From: Patescibacteria group bacterium | GTDB lineage: Bacteria; Patescibacteriota; Patescibacteriia; UBA11705; DATKZF01 | Direction: 5' to 3' | Assembly: GCA_049319825.1 (NCBI GenBank) | Contig: JBMORT010000006.1 | Coordinates: 299,641 to 363,640 of the forward strand | DNA: 64,000 nucleotides | In this document: in pieces, positions 33,043 to 42,832 of the stretch | Position numbering within the stretch: the stretch's first letter is position 1 | How the letters are laid out: the number at the start of each line of letters is the position of its first letter | Made by a program: the position numbers and the translations under genes | Notes under the pieces: model-generated | Told to the model about the DNA's origin: nothing | Database searches by the model: none | Seen by the model: only the letters and a program-made list of their open reading frames with translations

Positions 33043-34467
33043 ATGTTAAATCAACTGACAATCAAATCCGCTCGGCGCGGGCTGCGCGAAAAAGAATTTA
33101 CCTGCGCCGAATTGACGCAAGCTTGTTTGGATCAAATTGAAAAACGTCAGCCGGAAATAAACGCGTTTTTGACCGTAATGGCCGATGCCGCATTGGATAG
33201 AGCAAAATTTATTGATGATAAAATCGCCAAGGGCCAGGCTTTAAAAAGTCTGGAAGGCATACCGCTGGCCATCAAAGATAATATTTCAATTGACCGATAT
33301 CCGGCGACCGCCGCCTCGAAAATTTTGAGAAATTACGCGGCGCCATACAACGCCACGGTCATCGAGCAGCTCGAGGACCAAGGCGCGTTATTTTTAGGCA
33401 AGACGACTATGGATGAATTCGCCATGGGATCATCGGGTGAAAATTCGGCGTTTGGCAAGGCCAAGAATCCGTTTAACCCGGAGCGAGTTCCCGGCGGATC
33501 ATCGAGCGGCAGCGCGGCCGCCGTGGCCGACGATCAGTGTTTGGCCGCGCTGGGTTCGGATACCGGCGGATCCATCAGGCAGCCGGCCGCTTTTTGCGGC
33601 TGTGTGGGGCTTAAGCCGACATATGGCCGAGTTTCCAGGCACGGCCTGATGGCCATGGCTTCAAGTTTTGACCAGATCGGGCCGCTGGCCAAATCGGCCG
33701 AAGACGCAGCATTGCTGTTGCAGACGATCGCCGGCCATGACCGATTTGATTCCACTTCGATCGACCGTAAGGATGATTTTATGGACACTCTGGATAAACC
33801 GCTCAAGGGCCTGAAAATCGGCATTCCCGATGATAATTTTTTCGAAGGGCTGGACGCTCATGTTAAAGACGATTTTTCAGCGGCGTTCAGATTATTGGCG
33901 CAGTTGAAAGTCAAATTTAAGAAAATAGCGCTGCCAAATTTTAAGTATAGCCTGGCCGCATATTATATCTTAATGCCCGCGGAAGTTTCGTCTAATATGG
34001 CGCGCTTCGACGGCGTCAAGTTCGGCCTAAGGGAAAAAGGCGCGGCCAGTCTGGAGGAAATGTATAAAAAAACCAGAGCTTTCGGTTTTGGCGACGAAGT
34101 CAAGCGGCGCATCATGATCGGCACTTTTGTTTTATCCGAGGGCTATGCCGGAGCGTATTACAAGCAGGCGCAGAAAATCAGAACACTGATCAAGCATGAT
34201 TTTGATAACGCGTTTAAGAAAGTGGACGCGATAATTATGCCGACAACCCCGACTATCGCTTTTCGTTTCGGCGAAAAAACAGATGATCCGTTGCAGATGT
34301 ATTTGGCCGATATATTCACGGTTTCTGCCAATGTGGCCGGTATCCCGGCCATCAGCGTCCCCATGAATCAAGTCGGCGAATTTCCGACCGGATTGCAGAT
34401 ACTCGGCAATTATTTCGATGAGGCGACGATTTTGCGGATCGCTCATCATTTTGAAGAGGCGTTTTGA
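33043..34467 (+). CDS. gatA: Glu-tRNA(Gln) amidotransferase subunit A
   Basis: Amidase signature GGSSSGSAAAVA; 474 aa. Confidence 0.9.
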   Translation: MLNQLTIKSARRGLREKEFTCAELTQACLDQIEKRQPEINAFLTVMADAALDRAKFIDDKIAKGQALKSLEGIPLAIKDNISIDRYPATAASKILRNYAAPYNATVIEQLEDQGALFLGKTTMDEFAMGSSGENSAFGKAKNPFNPERVPGGSSSGSAAAVADDQCLAALGSDTGGSIRQPAAFCGCVGLKPTYGRVSRHGLMAMASSFDQIGPLAKSAEDAALLLQTIAGHDRFDSTSIDRKDDFMDTLDKPLKGLKIGIPDDNFFEGLDAHVKDDFSAAFRLLAQLKVKFKKIALPNFKYSLAAYYILMPAEVSSNMARFDGVKFGLREKGAASLEEMYKKTRAFGFGDEVKRRIMIGTFVLSEGYAGAYYKQAQKIRTLIKHDFDNAFKKVDAIIMPTTPTIAFRFGEKTDDPLQMYLADIFTVSANVAGIPAISVPMNQVGEFPTGLQILGNYFDEATILRIAHHFEEAF

Positions 34468-34498
34468 TAATTAGCCAGTCGGCATCGGGCGGCAGGCA

Positions 34499-34948
34499 TT
34501 GGTAAAGGGCAAAAATATGGATATTTCTTGGAAATTTTCTTGGCTAGACGTGATAATTTTATTGGTCATTTCCTTTATCGTGATAATGGCAATATTGATT
34601 TTTAAAAAAAGACCGCCGGAGGAAGTCGACGTGGAAAAGATAAAAAAGAAATGGAATGAGATCGAAGATTTAATTTCAAAAGACAATGAAACAATGTGGC
34701 GCGTGGCCGTTATCGAGGCCGATAAATTGCTTGATTTCGCTCTCAAAGGCATGATCATGCCCGGAGAAAATATGGGGCAGCGCCTTAAGTATGCTTCAGG
34801 CAAATACCCGAAAATTCAGCAGGTTTGGTGGGCGCATAAATTAAGAAATAATCTGGTGCATGAGCATGATATAAAATTGCGAAAAGGAGAAGCGGCCAAG
34901 GCGGTTAAAGCATTTGAGAGAGCGCTGAAGGTGTTGAATGTTTTATAA
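34499..34948 (+). CDS. Hypothetical protein with an N-terminal TM helix
   Basis: ORF with one hydrophobic helix; no recognised motifs. Confidence 0.4.
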   Translation: MVKGKNMDISWKFSWLDVIILLVISFIVIMAILIFKKRPPEEVDVEKIKKKWNEIEDLISKDNETMWRVAVIEADKLLDFALKGMIMPGENMGQRLKYASGKYPKIQQVWWAHKLRNNLVHEHDIKLRKGEAAKAVKAFERALKVLNVL

Positions 34949-35033
34949 AGAAGGCTTAAGGGGGCTTGAGGAGAAGAGAGGGCGATTGTGCGAGAAGGCT
35001 TGAGGGGAAGAGAGGGTATTAAAATAATTTTAT

Positions 35034-35429
35034 ATGAATGATAATGACGTAAAGAAAAATTTTTCTCATAAGAATATGGTTGTCTGGCAGAGTATTGATC
35101 AGTTAGATATGATTGTTCAGGATATTTTAAAAAATATTTCAAAAAATGAATTTAAAATTAGAAGTCAAATAGCTAATGCCTCTGATTCAATCGGCGCCAA
35201 CTTTGTTGAGGGGTATTATAGCGGATATATAGCCGAATACATCAGATTTTTGAGAATTAGCAAAAGATCAAATGGCGAATTACAAGAAAGAGTGCGTCGA
35301 GTTTTACGAAAAGGATACATTGATGATGATTTGTATAAACACTTCGAAGACCGCGCTATTAAAACGATGTATCTATTAGATAGAACGATCCAATCTTTAG
35401 AAGATAAGAAAGAAAAAGAGAACAAGTGA
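35034..35429 (+). CDS. Four-helix-bundle protein (TIGR02436; 23S rRNA IVS-type)
   Basis: VWQ...SQIANASDSIGANFVEGYY...EYIRFLRISKRSNGELQ motifs. Confidence 0.7.
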   Translation: MNDNDVKKNFSHKNMVVWQSIDQLDMIVQDILKNISKNEFKIRSQIANASDSIGANFVEGYYSGYIAEYIRFLRISKRSNGELQERVRRVLRKGYIDDDLYKHFEDRAIKTMYLLDRTIQSLEDKKEKENK

Positions 35430-35491
35430 TTGCCCTCTTTACCTCTTTTCTTCATTGCCATCTTAAGCCTTCTCAAGCCTTATAAAAAAAA

Positions 35492-36025
35492 ATGAAAATA
35501 AAAATAAAAATTTTAAGTGGCTTGTTGATCGTCGCGGTTTTCGCGCCGGCCTTGATTTATGCCGGACAAATAAAACTGGCCACCAACGGCAATGTCTATT
35601 TGCGTGCGAAACAGCTGGATTGGAACACATATTATTTCGAGCCGAGGACATCGGGCCAGAGTTTGGATCAGCTGATGTTCACTTGGCAATTCGACGATGG
35701 CTTTGTATATCATGGAGCTGATTTTATGCGCAGTTTTGAACCCGGCCGCTACCAGCTGACGATGACCGCCACCGATTTGGCCGGACATTATTTTAATCAG
35801 CGGGCCGTCGTGGAGGTCACTTTTTGGTCGTTGTCAAATAAATGGTTTTGGGGCATTTTTTTCCTGATTATCATGATCTTCATCGTTTATTACTGGCTGA
35901 TTAAACTTATTTATCTGGCGAACAAAAAAAACATTGAGCGGCAGGTGGAAATTTTTTTGTCCGAGCTCGATCGCGTTCATTTCTGGAAAAATTTGTCACT
36001 GGCAATGAAGAAAAAAAATAATTAA
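35492..36025 (+). CDS. Hypothetical secreted protein with a C-terminal TM helix
   Basis: Signal peptide; C-terminal hydrophobic segment. Confidence 0.4.
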   Translation: MKIKIKILSGLLIVAVFAPALIYAGQIKLATNGNVYLRAKQLDWNTYYFEPRTSGQSLDQLMFTWQFDDGFVYHGADFMRSFEPGRYQLTMTATDLAGHYFNQRAVVEVTFWSLSNKWFWGIFFLIIMIFIVYYWLIKLIYLANKKNIERQVEIFLSELDRVHFWKNLSLAMKKKNN

Positions 36026-36033
36026 TCGAATAT

Positions 36034-36381
36034 ATGAGATTTATTTTAAAATGGTTATTTAATGCCGGCGGGTTATTGCTCGTCGCCTACACCGTTCCCG
36101 GCATTGAGGTGACTTCTTTCTACATCGCTTTGATTTTGGTTGTTGTTTTGGGAGTGGTCAACGCCCTGCTTGGCGGGTTGATTAAGCTTTTGACCCTGCC
36201 GCTGACAATTTTGACTTTGGGTTTGTTTAATTTGGTAGTGAACGGCCTGATGTTCTGGCTGGTATCAACCTTTATAAAAGGATTTGAAGTGAGCGGATTT
36301 TGGATCGCGGTTTTGGGCGCATTGTTGTATACTTTGGTGACGACTTTGACAGGATGGCTGCTTAAAAAAGAAGAGGACTAA
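36034..36381 (+). CDS. Phage-holin-4_2/DUF360-like 4-TM membrane protein
   Basis: 115 aa, four TM segments, characteristic G/L-rich pattern. Confidence 0.55.
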   Translation: MRFILKWLFNAGGLLLVAYTVPGIEVTSFYIALILVVVLGVVNALLGGLIKLLTLPLTILTLGLFNLVVNGLMFWLVSTFIKGFEVSGFWIAVLGALLYTLVTTLTGWLLKKEED

Positions 36382-36446
36382 CAATCCATCACATAGCATG
36401 GAGCAAAACGGAATTATTTCAATATTTTTAATCTTTATATAAATTT

Positions 36447-38129
36447 ATGCAGAAAAAGCAATTCCCCAGCCCGGAATTCGCGAGGCCGCCGATAGAAAAA
36501 GAGCTGCTTACACAGAGAAAAAGAGAAAAGCTTGATCGGCGCTATGACCATCTTTTAGCTGAACGAGACGGACTTTATAAAGAACTGGAAAAATATAGCG
36601 TCAGGGATTACCAAATCATTTTTAATCCTGGAATAATAAGTGAAAAAGAATTTAGGGAATTAACTGATGATTGGATAAAAAAAACAAGAGAGCAAACTGA
36701 ATTTTTTTCAATCCTCGATCGGCTAGGAATCGAAATTTTTACCGATGATTTAGATAAGCAACCTGGTTTCAAGGATGTCAATATCGTTTTTGATTCGAAA
36801 GAAATAGAAGAGAAGATGATTGTTGATTTGCAAGAATACGGAGGTTATACACGCAGGGATGTGCCAAGGATCGATATTGCTTTGCCCAAGCCAAATTTAC
36901 TGGAACAAATGCATCGTTTTTATAGTGAGGGCACATTGCCCGATGCAGTTTTAATATTAATTCATGAATTGATTCATCGTTACCACTTTAGAGAAAATAT
37001 GAACACGGAAGTCATATTGACTGAAGCTCAGGCTTATGCATCTGGTTTATTGGATAGTGGCACACAATTCAGCTTGATAAGTATTGCATCTGCCTTGGCT
37101 CTGCCCGAGAAGGAAAAGGGTTTATACCAATTTGATGTCGACAAGATAATCGAGGCTTTAAGGACCATTATTGGGTTGTCATCATTAGGGAAAAAGCAGG
37201 ATGAAATTGCAGAATTGGTGGCTACGTCGCGTTTTGATTATAAGAAAAAGATGTTTATACCGCTTACCGAAGAATATTTAAAATTAAAAGAAAAATATAA
37301 ATTGGATGAGAATGATTTGCAGGCTTTAGACGATATTTACCGTCTGCATGTAAATAACCAGAGACTGAAGGCTCGGCTTGCTCTATTCCAGACCTTATCG
37401 GAAAAGTATTCCAAAGAAGAACTGGTTGAAGTAAAGAAAACAATAATAAAGAAAATTATCGCCCGGCCGGATTACTATGTTGCTGGTAAAAAAGTGCCGG
37501 CATTAGATATGATGCAAAGATGGGTTTGTCCGCTTACTTCAGATTTTCCATACGAACCAGACGGAAAAAGGACCGGAATAATATTTGGATTATTTGGAGA
37601 TATTTCAAAATCACCACATTTTGAAATTGGCAGACTTGAAGCTGAGGGAAGAGATTCAAAGCTTGAGTTAGCCCAGACTGACGAAGAAGTTAATAAATAT
37701 TTGGATTTGTTGTCAAAGTATTTTAAAAATATATCATTTGAGCAAAAGGATTTATTATTTCGGGAATATGTGGCTAATGGTATTTATTACGAACCAAAAG
37801 GGATTGCTAGTCAAATTATAAAGATTCTTTTCAATCAAGAAGAGAAAAAATCATTCATACTAGGATTAACACCTCCATTTATGGAAAAAATTAAAATTGT
37901 GGAAATAGAATTAGATAAGATGAATGAATTTTTTAACTCCCATGGCTATATTCAGAAAAAAAACATACGCAATTTTGGCGAATATGAGGCAATTCTTGAT
38001 TTCTCATGGATCGAGGAATTATTAGACATAGAAATAGAAAATATTGACGCTTCTTTTAGCGATTATGTCGATACAGTAAAAAGGAAAATTAATGAGTTGA
38101 AGGCAAAAGCACTGCGAAAAGTGGCTTAA
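36447..38129 (+). CDS. Hypothetical 560-aa protein with an HExxH motif (LILIHELIHRYHF), coupled to queH
   Basis: Intact ORF; HExxH at ~residue 175; its stop lies 3 nt before the queH start. Confidence 0.5.
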   Translation: MQKKQFPSPEFARPPIEKELLTQRKREKLDRRYDHLLAERDGLYKELEKYSVRDYQIIFNPGIISEKEFRELTDDWIKKTREQTEFFSILDRLGIEIFTDDLDKQPGFKDVNIVFDSKEIEEKMIVDLQEYGGYTRRDVPRIDIALPKPNLLEQMHRFYSEGTLPDAVLILIHELIHRYHFRENMNTEVILTEAQAYASGLLDSGTQFSLISIASALALPEKEKGLYQFDVDKIIEALRTIIGLSSLGKKQDEIAELVATSRFDYKKKMFIPLTEEYLKLKEKYKLDENDLQALDDIYRLHVNNQRLKARLALFQTLSEKYSKEELVEVKKTIIKKIIARPDYYVAGKKVPALDMMQRWVCPLTSDFPYEPDGKRTGIIFGLFGDISKSPHFEIGRLEAEGRDSKLELAQTDEEVNKYLDLLSKYFKNISFEQKDLLFREYVANGIYYEPKGIASQIIKILFNQEEKKSFILGLTPPFMEKIKIVEIELDKMNEFFNSHGYIQKKNIRNFGEYEAILDFSWIEELLDIEIENIDASFSDYVDTVKRKINELKAKALRKVA

Positions 38130-38132
38130 AAT

Positions 38133-38666
38133 ATGAATAAGGTATTATTACACACCTGCTGCGCTCCCTGCGGCGGTTATGTCATTGAAAAATTGAAAGA
38201 AATGGGTTACGATGTAACTGCTTTTTTTTATAATCCCAATATTTTTCCGAAAGAAGAATATGATTTGCGGCTGAACGAAGTCAAAAAGTATTGCGACAAA
38301 TATAAAATCGAATTAATTGAGGGCGAATATAATCACGAAGCTTGGCTTGATAAAGTCAAGGGATTGGAAAATGAGCCAGAAAAAGGCCAGCGCTGCGAAG
38401 TTGATTTTACTTTAAGATTGAGCGAAACCGCGCAAACCGCTCAGGAAAAAGGGTTTGAAGCCATGGCGACAACTTTAACGATCAGTCCGCATAAGCCGGC
38501 GGAAATAATAAACGAAATCGGCCGTGAAACGGCTGATATGTATGGATTGAAGTTTATTGATAATGTCTGGAGAAAAGGCGAAGGCTTTAAAAAATCTTGC
38601 GAGCTTTGCGAGAAAGAGCATTTCCATCGGCAGAATTATTGCGGGTGCGAGTTCTCGAAAGAATGA
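38133..38666 (+). CDS. queH: Epoxyqueuosine reductase QueH (DUF208)
   Basis: LLHTCCAPCGGYV...FFYNPNIFPKEEY and the C-terminal Cys cluster match QueH. Confidence 0.85.
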   Translation: MNKVLLHTCCAPCGGYVIEKLKEMGYDVTAFFYNPNIFPKEEYDLRLNEVKKYCDKYKIELIEGEYNHEAWLDKVKGLENEPEKGQRCEVDFTLRLSETAQTAQEKGFEAMATTLTISPHKPAEIINEIGRETADMYGLKFIDNVWRKGEGFKKSCELCEKEHFHRQNYCGCEFSKE

Positions 38667-38667
38667 G

Positions 38668-38790
38668 GTTACAAGATTACAAGATCTATAATACAAGATA
38701 GTACAGATTACGAGATGTATAAGATTCCAAATATTCCGTATCTTGTAAATCTTGTACACGAGATCTTGTAATCTTGTCGATTCAATATGT
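38668..38790. repeat. Tandem/inverted TACAAGAT - ATCTTGTA repeat array
   Basis: ~12 units in the intergenic region upstream of uvrD. Confidence 0.65.
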
Positions 38791-40769
38791 CGATAGATTT
38801 TCAGAGAGAATTAAACCGAGAACAATACCGGGTCGTCACTGAAGCTGACGGGCCGGCTTTGGTTTTGGCCGGAGCGGGTAGCGGCAAGACTCGAACGTTG
38901 GTTTATCGAGTGGCGTATTTGATTGAAAAAGGCGTCAGCCCGGAAAATATATTGCTGGTGACTTTTACCAATAAAGCGGCGAATGAAATGACTGCGCGGA
39001 TTAAAAATCTTTTGGGTTTCGAGCCGAAAAAATTCTGGGCCGGGACTTTTCACCATGTCGGCAATTTAATTTTGCGAAAATACGCCGATAAACTTGGGTA
39101 TAAGCAGAATTTTAATATTTTGGACGAGGAAGATTCAATTTCACTGCTAAAGGCAGTATATGAAGATTTTGGAATTAAGACCAAAGGCCATGACTTCCCC
39201 AAGCCGGATTTGGTAAAAAAAATAATTTCGTACGCCTTTAACACACATCGCTCAGTGCTGGAAATCGCCGAACAGAATTACGGCTATGCGGACTTTGTCA
39301 GCCACCGGATCGATGATATCGCTGTCGCGTATGAGGAGAAAAAGAAGCTGGCCAATGTCATGGATTTCGATGATTTGCTGACCAAATGGCTCGAGCTTTT
39401 AAAAATAAATAAAGAAGCCAAAGAGCGGTTCGCCAAGCAGTTTCAGTATATTTTGGTTGACGAGTATCAGGATACCAACCATATTCAGGCGGAAATCATG
39501 TATGAGCTGGCTTCGGTTCATCATAATATATTGGTTGTCGGCGATGATTCTCAAAGCATTTATTCTTTTCGTGCCGCTGACATTAAAAATATCTTAAATT
39601 TTCCGAACAAATTTTCAAAGGTGAAAATTTACAAACTCGAGACCAATTATCGCTGTACGCCGCAAATTTTGGATCTGGCCAATGAAAGCATTAAAAACAA
39701 TAAAGACCAATTTAAAAAAATATTGAACACCAATAAAGAAGACGGCATCTTGCCGATTTTGATCCCGGCTCGTGACGCGTACCAGCAAGCCAGCATGGTG
39801 GCCAATCGAGTAATTGAAATTCATGATGATAAAAGCAGAGCTTATCGAGACATGGCCGTTCTGTTTCGCTCGACTTACCAATCGGCGGAGCTGCAGCTGG
39901 AATTAAGTAAAAGGAACGTGCCCTATGTCGTTCGCGGCGGTTTAAGATATTTCGAGCAGGCGCACATTAAGGACATTGTTTCCTATCTTAAAATTTTATC
40001 TAATTTCAGAGACGAATTGTCTTGGCTGAGGCTGCTGAAGATGCGCGAAGGCATCGGTCCGGCCAGCGCTAAGAAAATTTGGGATAAGCTGAAAAAATTC
40101 AGTTCGCTGCGTGAGGCGCTGGAAATAAAAATTCAGGTGGGTTCGAGAGCCGAGGCCAGCTGGAGATATTTATCGCATATTTTTTCAGAGCTGCTGAATT
40201 TTAAAGAAGCGCACGGCGATAATTTGGCGAAGATGATCAAATATGTTTTGGATGTTGATTATAAAGAGTATGCGCAAAATACTTTTGAAAATTATCGAGA
40301 CAGGCTCGATGACATTAGGCAATTGATGAATTTTGTGATCACATATGACAGTCTGGAAACTCTACTGTCAGATATTATGCTCAGCGAAAGCTATCGAAAT
40401 GTTGAGGAAGAAGAAAGAGACGAAGTGGTTTTGTCGACTATTCATCAGGCAAAGGGATTGGAATGGCCGTATGTGATCATTATCGGCCTCAATGACGGCG
40501 CATTCCCTCATTACAAATCATTGGAGAACAAATCCCAGCTCGAAGAAGAACGCCGGCTTTTTTACGTGGCGGTCACGCGGGCAAAGGATGAGCTGGCCAT
40601 GACTTTTCCCATTAAAACAATCAGCTATGAATACGGAGAAATAATCAATAAACCTTCGATGTTTTTGCGTGAGGTTGACCCGTCGCTTTATGTGACCGTT
40701 GGCGGCGATGATTATTTTAATGAATATTTCGGTGAAGATGAAGCCGAACAGGTGATTTATTACGATTAG
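38787..40769 (+). CDS. uvrD: ATP-dependent DNA helicase (UvrD/PcrA/Rep family)
   Basis: AGAGSGKTRTLVYR Walker A; superfamily-1 helicase motifs. Confidence 0.85.
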   Translation: MSIDFQRELNREQYRVVTEADGPALVLAGAGSGKTRTLVYRVAYLIEKGVSPENILLVTFTNKAANEMTARIKNLLGFEPKKFWAGTFHHVGNLILRKYADKLGYKQNFNILDEEDSISLLKAVYEDFGIKTKGHDFPKPDLVKKIISYAFNTHRSVLEIAEQNYGYADFVSHRIDDIAVAYEEKKKLANVMDFDDLLTKWLELLKINKEAKERFAKQFQYILVDEYQDTNHIQAEIMYELASVHHNILVVGDDSQSIYSFRAADIKNILNFPNKFSKVKIYKLETNYRCTPQILDLANESIKNNKDQFKKILNTNKEDGILPILIPARDAYQQASMVANRVIEIHDDKSRAYRDMAVLFRSTYQSAELQLELSKRNVPYVVRGGLRYFEQAHIKDIVSYLKILSNFRDELSWLRLLKMREGIGPASAKKIWDKLKKFSSLREALEIKIQVGSRAEASWRYLSHIFSELLNFKEAHGDNLAKMIKYVLDVDYKEYAQNTFENYRDRLDDIRQLMNFVITYDSLETLLSDIMLSESYRNVEEEERDEVVLSTIHQAKGLEWPYVIIIGLNDGAFPHYKSLENKSQLEEERRLFYVAVTRAKDELAMTFPIKTISYEYGEIINKPSMFLREVDPSLYVTVGGDDYFNEYFGEDEAEQVIYYD

Positions 40770-40900
40770 CCGCGAAGGCGCAAGGATTGTCGGAACATGG
40801 CAATGCCCTGTTCTGCGAAATCGCGCCTGCGCGGCGTTTTTTTTGCGGCCGCATCGGGATTTGACAAAATCCGATACGATAATTACCATAAAATGGTTAT

Positions 40901-41563
40901 GTGTTAAAAATCAAGGAGGGGGAAATGGAATGGTTGAATATCCTGCCGAGATTGCTGCAATTCATGTTGCTTCTCGGATTTGTTATTGAATGGATTTCAC
41001 TGGCCCATAATCATCATCGGCTGGTTCGGGTTGGGGAAACGCTATTTAGCGTTGCCGCTCTGATTCTGACTTTGCTTTTTTTAAATCATCCGACCGGTGA
41101 AGCTCAGCTGATGGCGCTGGCTTTCATCGTCATGATTATCGGCAATTCGCTGATCGTTCGTCGTCAAATGAGAAAATTCGTTTTTCGAATTTTGGTGACC
41201 GGAGTCAAAGACGATCTGGTCTCTTTTCTCAGCAAATATGATTTGTCCATTAAATCTCAGGAGAGGGAATTACAAGACGGTTCAACCGTTCTTTTTGCCC
41301 ATTTGATCAGAGGATCCAAGCCTGAATTTGAAATTTTACCGGAAGTCGTGCTCAATCTTTCGGCTGCGCCCGATAGAAGAATCTGGCAACTGTGTTTGGT
41401 CACGGCTTTTGGCATCAGAGAAGAAACGATTCTGAGCATTGTTCGGGAAATGGGCGTATTTCGAGACTGTGAGTCCATTTATTATCATATGCAGTTTCAG
41501 TCGGGCGTACATTTGATTCATCTTCTCGATTTTCAGCCGTCAAACTGGAATTTATCCGGGTAA
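40901..41563 (+). CDS. Hypothetical membrane protein
   Basis: ORF with 3 N-terminal TM helices. Confidence 0.4.
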   Translation: MLKIKEGEMEWLNILPRLLQFMLLLGFVIEWISLAHNHHRLVRVGETLFSVAALILTLLFLNHPTGEAQLMALAFIVMIIGNSLIVRRQMRKFVFRILVTGVKDDLVSFLSKYDLSIKSQERELQDGSTVLFAHLIRGSKPEFEILPEVVLNLSAAPDRRIWQLCLVTAFGIREETILSIVREMGVFRDCESIYYHMQFQSGVHLIHLLDFQPSNWNLSG

Positions 41564-41698
41564 CACTTACTCGGTTTTTTGTTGGTTGAAAATTTGCTAA
41601 AATGATAAAGGCTGCGGATTCACGCCTATAGAGGATCCACACATGACCGATAACTATCAATTCGTAATATCCATGGAAATCCGCGGATCAGAAATCAT

Positions 41699-42316
41699 AT
41701 GAATAAATTCATTGCCATTGCCGGCAACATCGGAGTGGGGAAAACCACATTATCGAAAAGACTGGCTGAATTTTTTGGCGGTTCTGTCAGTTTGGAGCCG
41801 TTTGAAGAAAATCCCTATTTAAAAGATTTTTACAATGACATGAAAGCCTGGGCTTTTCATTCGCAAATGTTTTTTTTGGGAAAAAAACTCGAGAATCATT
41901 TAGCCACCGCGCAGAATCCCGGATTTAAAATTCAAGACCGGAGCATTTATGAAGATGCAGAGGTTTTTGCGAAAAATTTGTATCGGAGCGGATTGATTTT
42001 GGAAAGAGACTGGCAGGTTTACTGGCGGGTTTACAAAACCGGCTTAAAGATTTTGCCGCCGCCGGATTTGATAATTTATTTGAAGGCGTCGGTGGATACG
42101 GTGATGCGGCGGATCAAAAAGCGCGGCCGGGATTTTGAAGAGAAAATGCCGAGAGAATATATAGATAATTTGAACAAACTATATGAAGAATGGACCAGCG
42201 GTTTTCAAAAGTCTCCCATTCTGACAGTTGATTACGATAAAGTTGATTTAAAGCATAATCCTGAAGATTTCAATGATTTTATTAAAACGGTTGGAGCTAT
42301 TATCGGTGGACATTGA
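41699..42316 (+). CDS. dnk: Deoxynucleoside kinase (dAK/dGK/dCK family)
   Basis: IAIAGNIGVGKTT P-loop, ~205 aa, dNK-family arrangement. Confidence 0.8.
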   Translation: MNKFIAIAGNIGVGKTTLSKRLAEFFGGSVSLEPFEENPYLKDFYNDMKAWAFHSQMFFLGKKLENHLATAQNPGFKIQDRSIYEDAEVFAKNLYRSGLILERDWQVYWRVYKTGLKILPPPDLIIYLKASVDTVMRRIKKRGRDFEEKMPREYIDNLNKLYEEWTSGFQKSPILTVDYDKVDLKHNPEDFNDFIKTVGAIIGGH

Positions 42317-42350
42317 TATCATTTTTTTATTTTATGGTATAATAATAAAG

Positions 42351-42430
42351 CGAGACTAGTGCGACTAGTACTACAAGCACATAAATACTTGTCGCACTTG
42401 TTTTACTTGTCTTGCCTGTCGCACTTATTT
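42351..42430. repeat. Palindromic GTGCGACAAG-type intergenic element (copy 2)
   Basis: See 15361-15507. Confidence 0.7.
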
Positions 42431-42436
42431 AGAATT

Positions 42437-42820
42437 ATGGAACAAAGTTTATTTTTAAAATCACTCAAATTCTTCTTCAAAGACCTGGTGGGAGATATTT
42501 TTTATTTTCCGGTTTGGTGGTACACCAAGGGTTTGGCCAAAGGCTGGCGGAGATTCTCCGGCACGCTGCGATCAGCCAATGAAAGCCTGGGTCTGACCAT
42601 TTGGATTAAAAATTTATTTACACCCATGTTCGGACAAACCGATTGGCAGGGCCGGCTGGTCAGTTTTTTTATGAGATTGTTTCAAATAATTTTTCGATCG
42701 CTCATATTTTTCGGCTGGCTGGTTTTCGCCCTCATCATTTTTATCATCCGCACATTGTTCCCGATATTGGTCGTTTACATGATTTTATTTAATTTGGGAT
42801 TAACATTGTTTAAGCTGTAA
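42437..42820 (+). CDS. Small membrane protein (hypothetical); the annotated N-terminal extension lies in the repeat
   Basis: 3 TM helices; a plausible start at MEQSLFLKS. Confidence 0.4.
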   Translation: MEQSLFLKSLKFFFKDLVGDIFYFPVWWYTKGLAKGWRRFSGTLRSANESLGLTIWIKNLFTPMFGQTDWQGRLVSFFMRLFQIIFRSLIFFGWLVFALIIFIIRTLFPILVVYMILFNLGLTLFKL

Positions 42821-42832
42821 AAATCAAAAAAC

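Noticed and set aside
42359-42436. N-terminal 26 aa of the 42359 ORF, and likewise of the 15387 ORF
   Set aside because: Both are encoded by the GTGCGACAAG palindromic repeat. The more plausible start is downstream.
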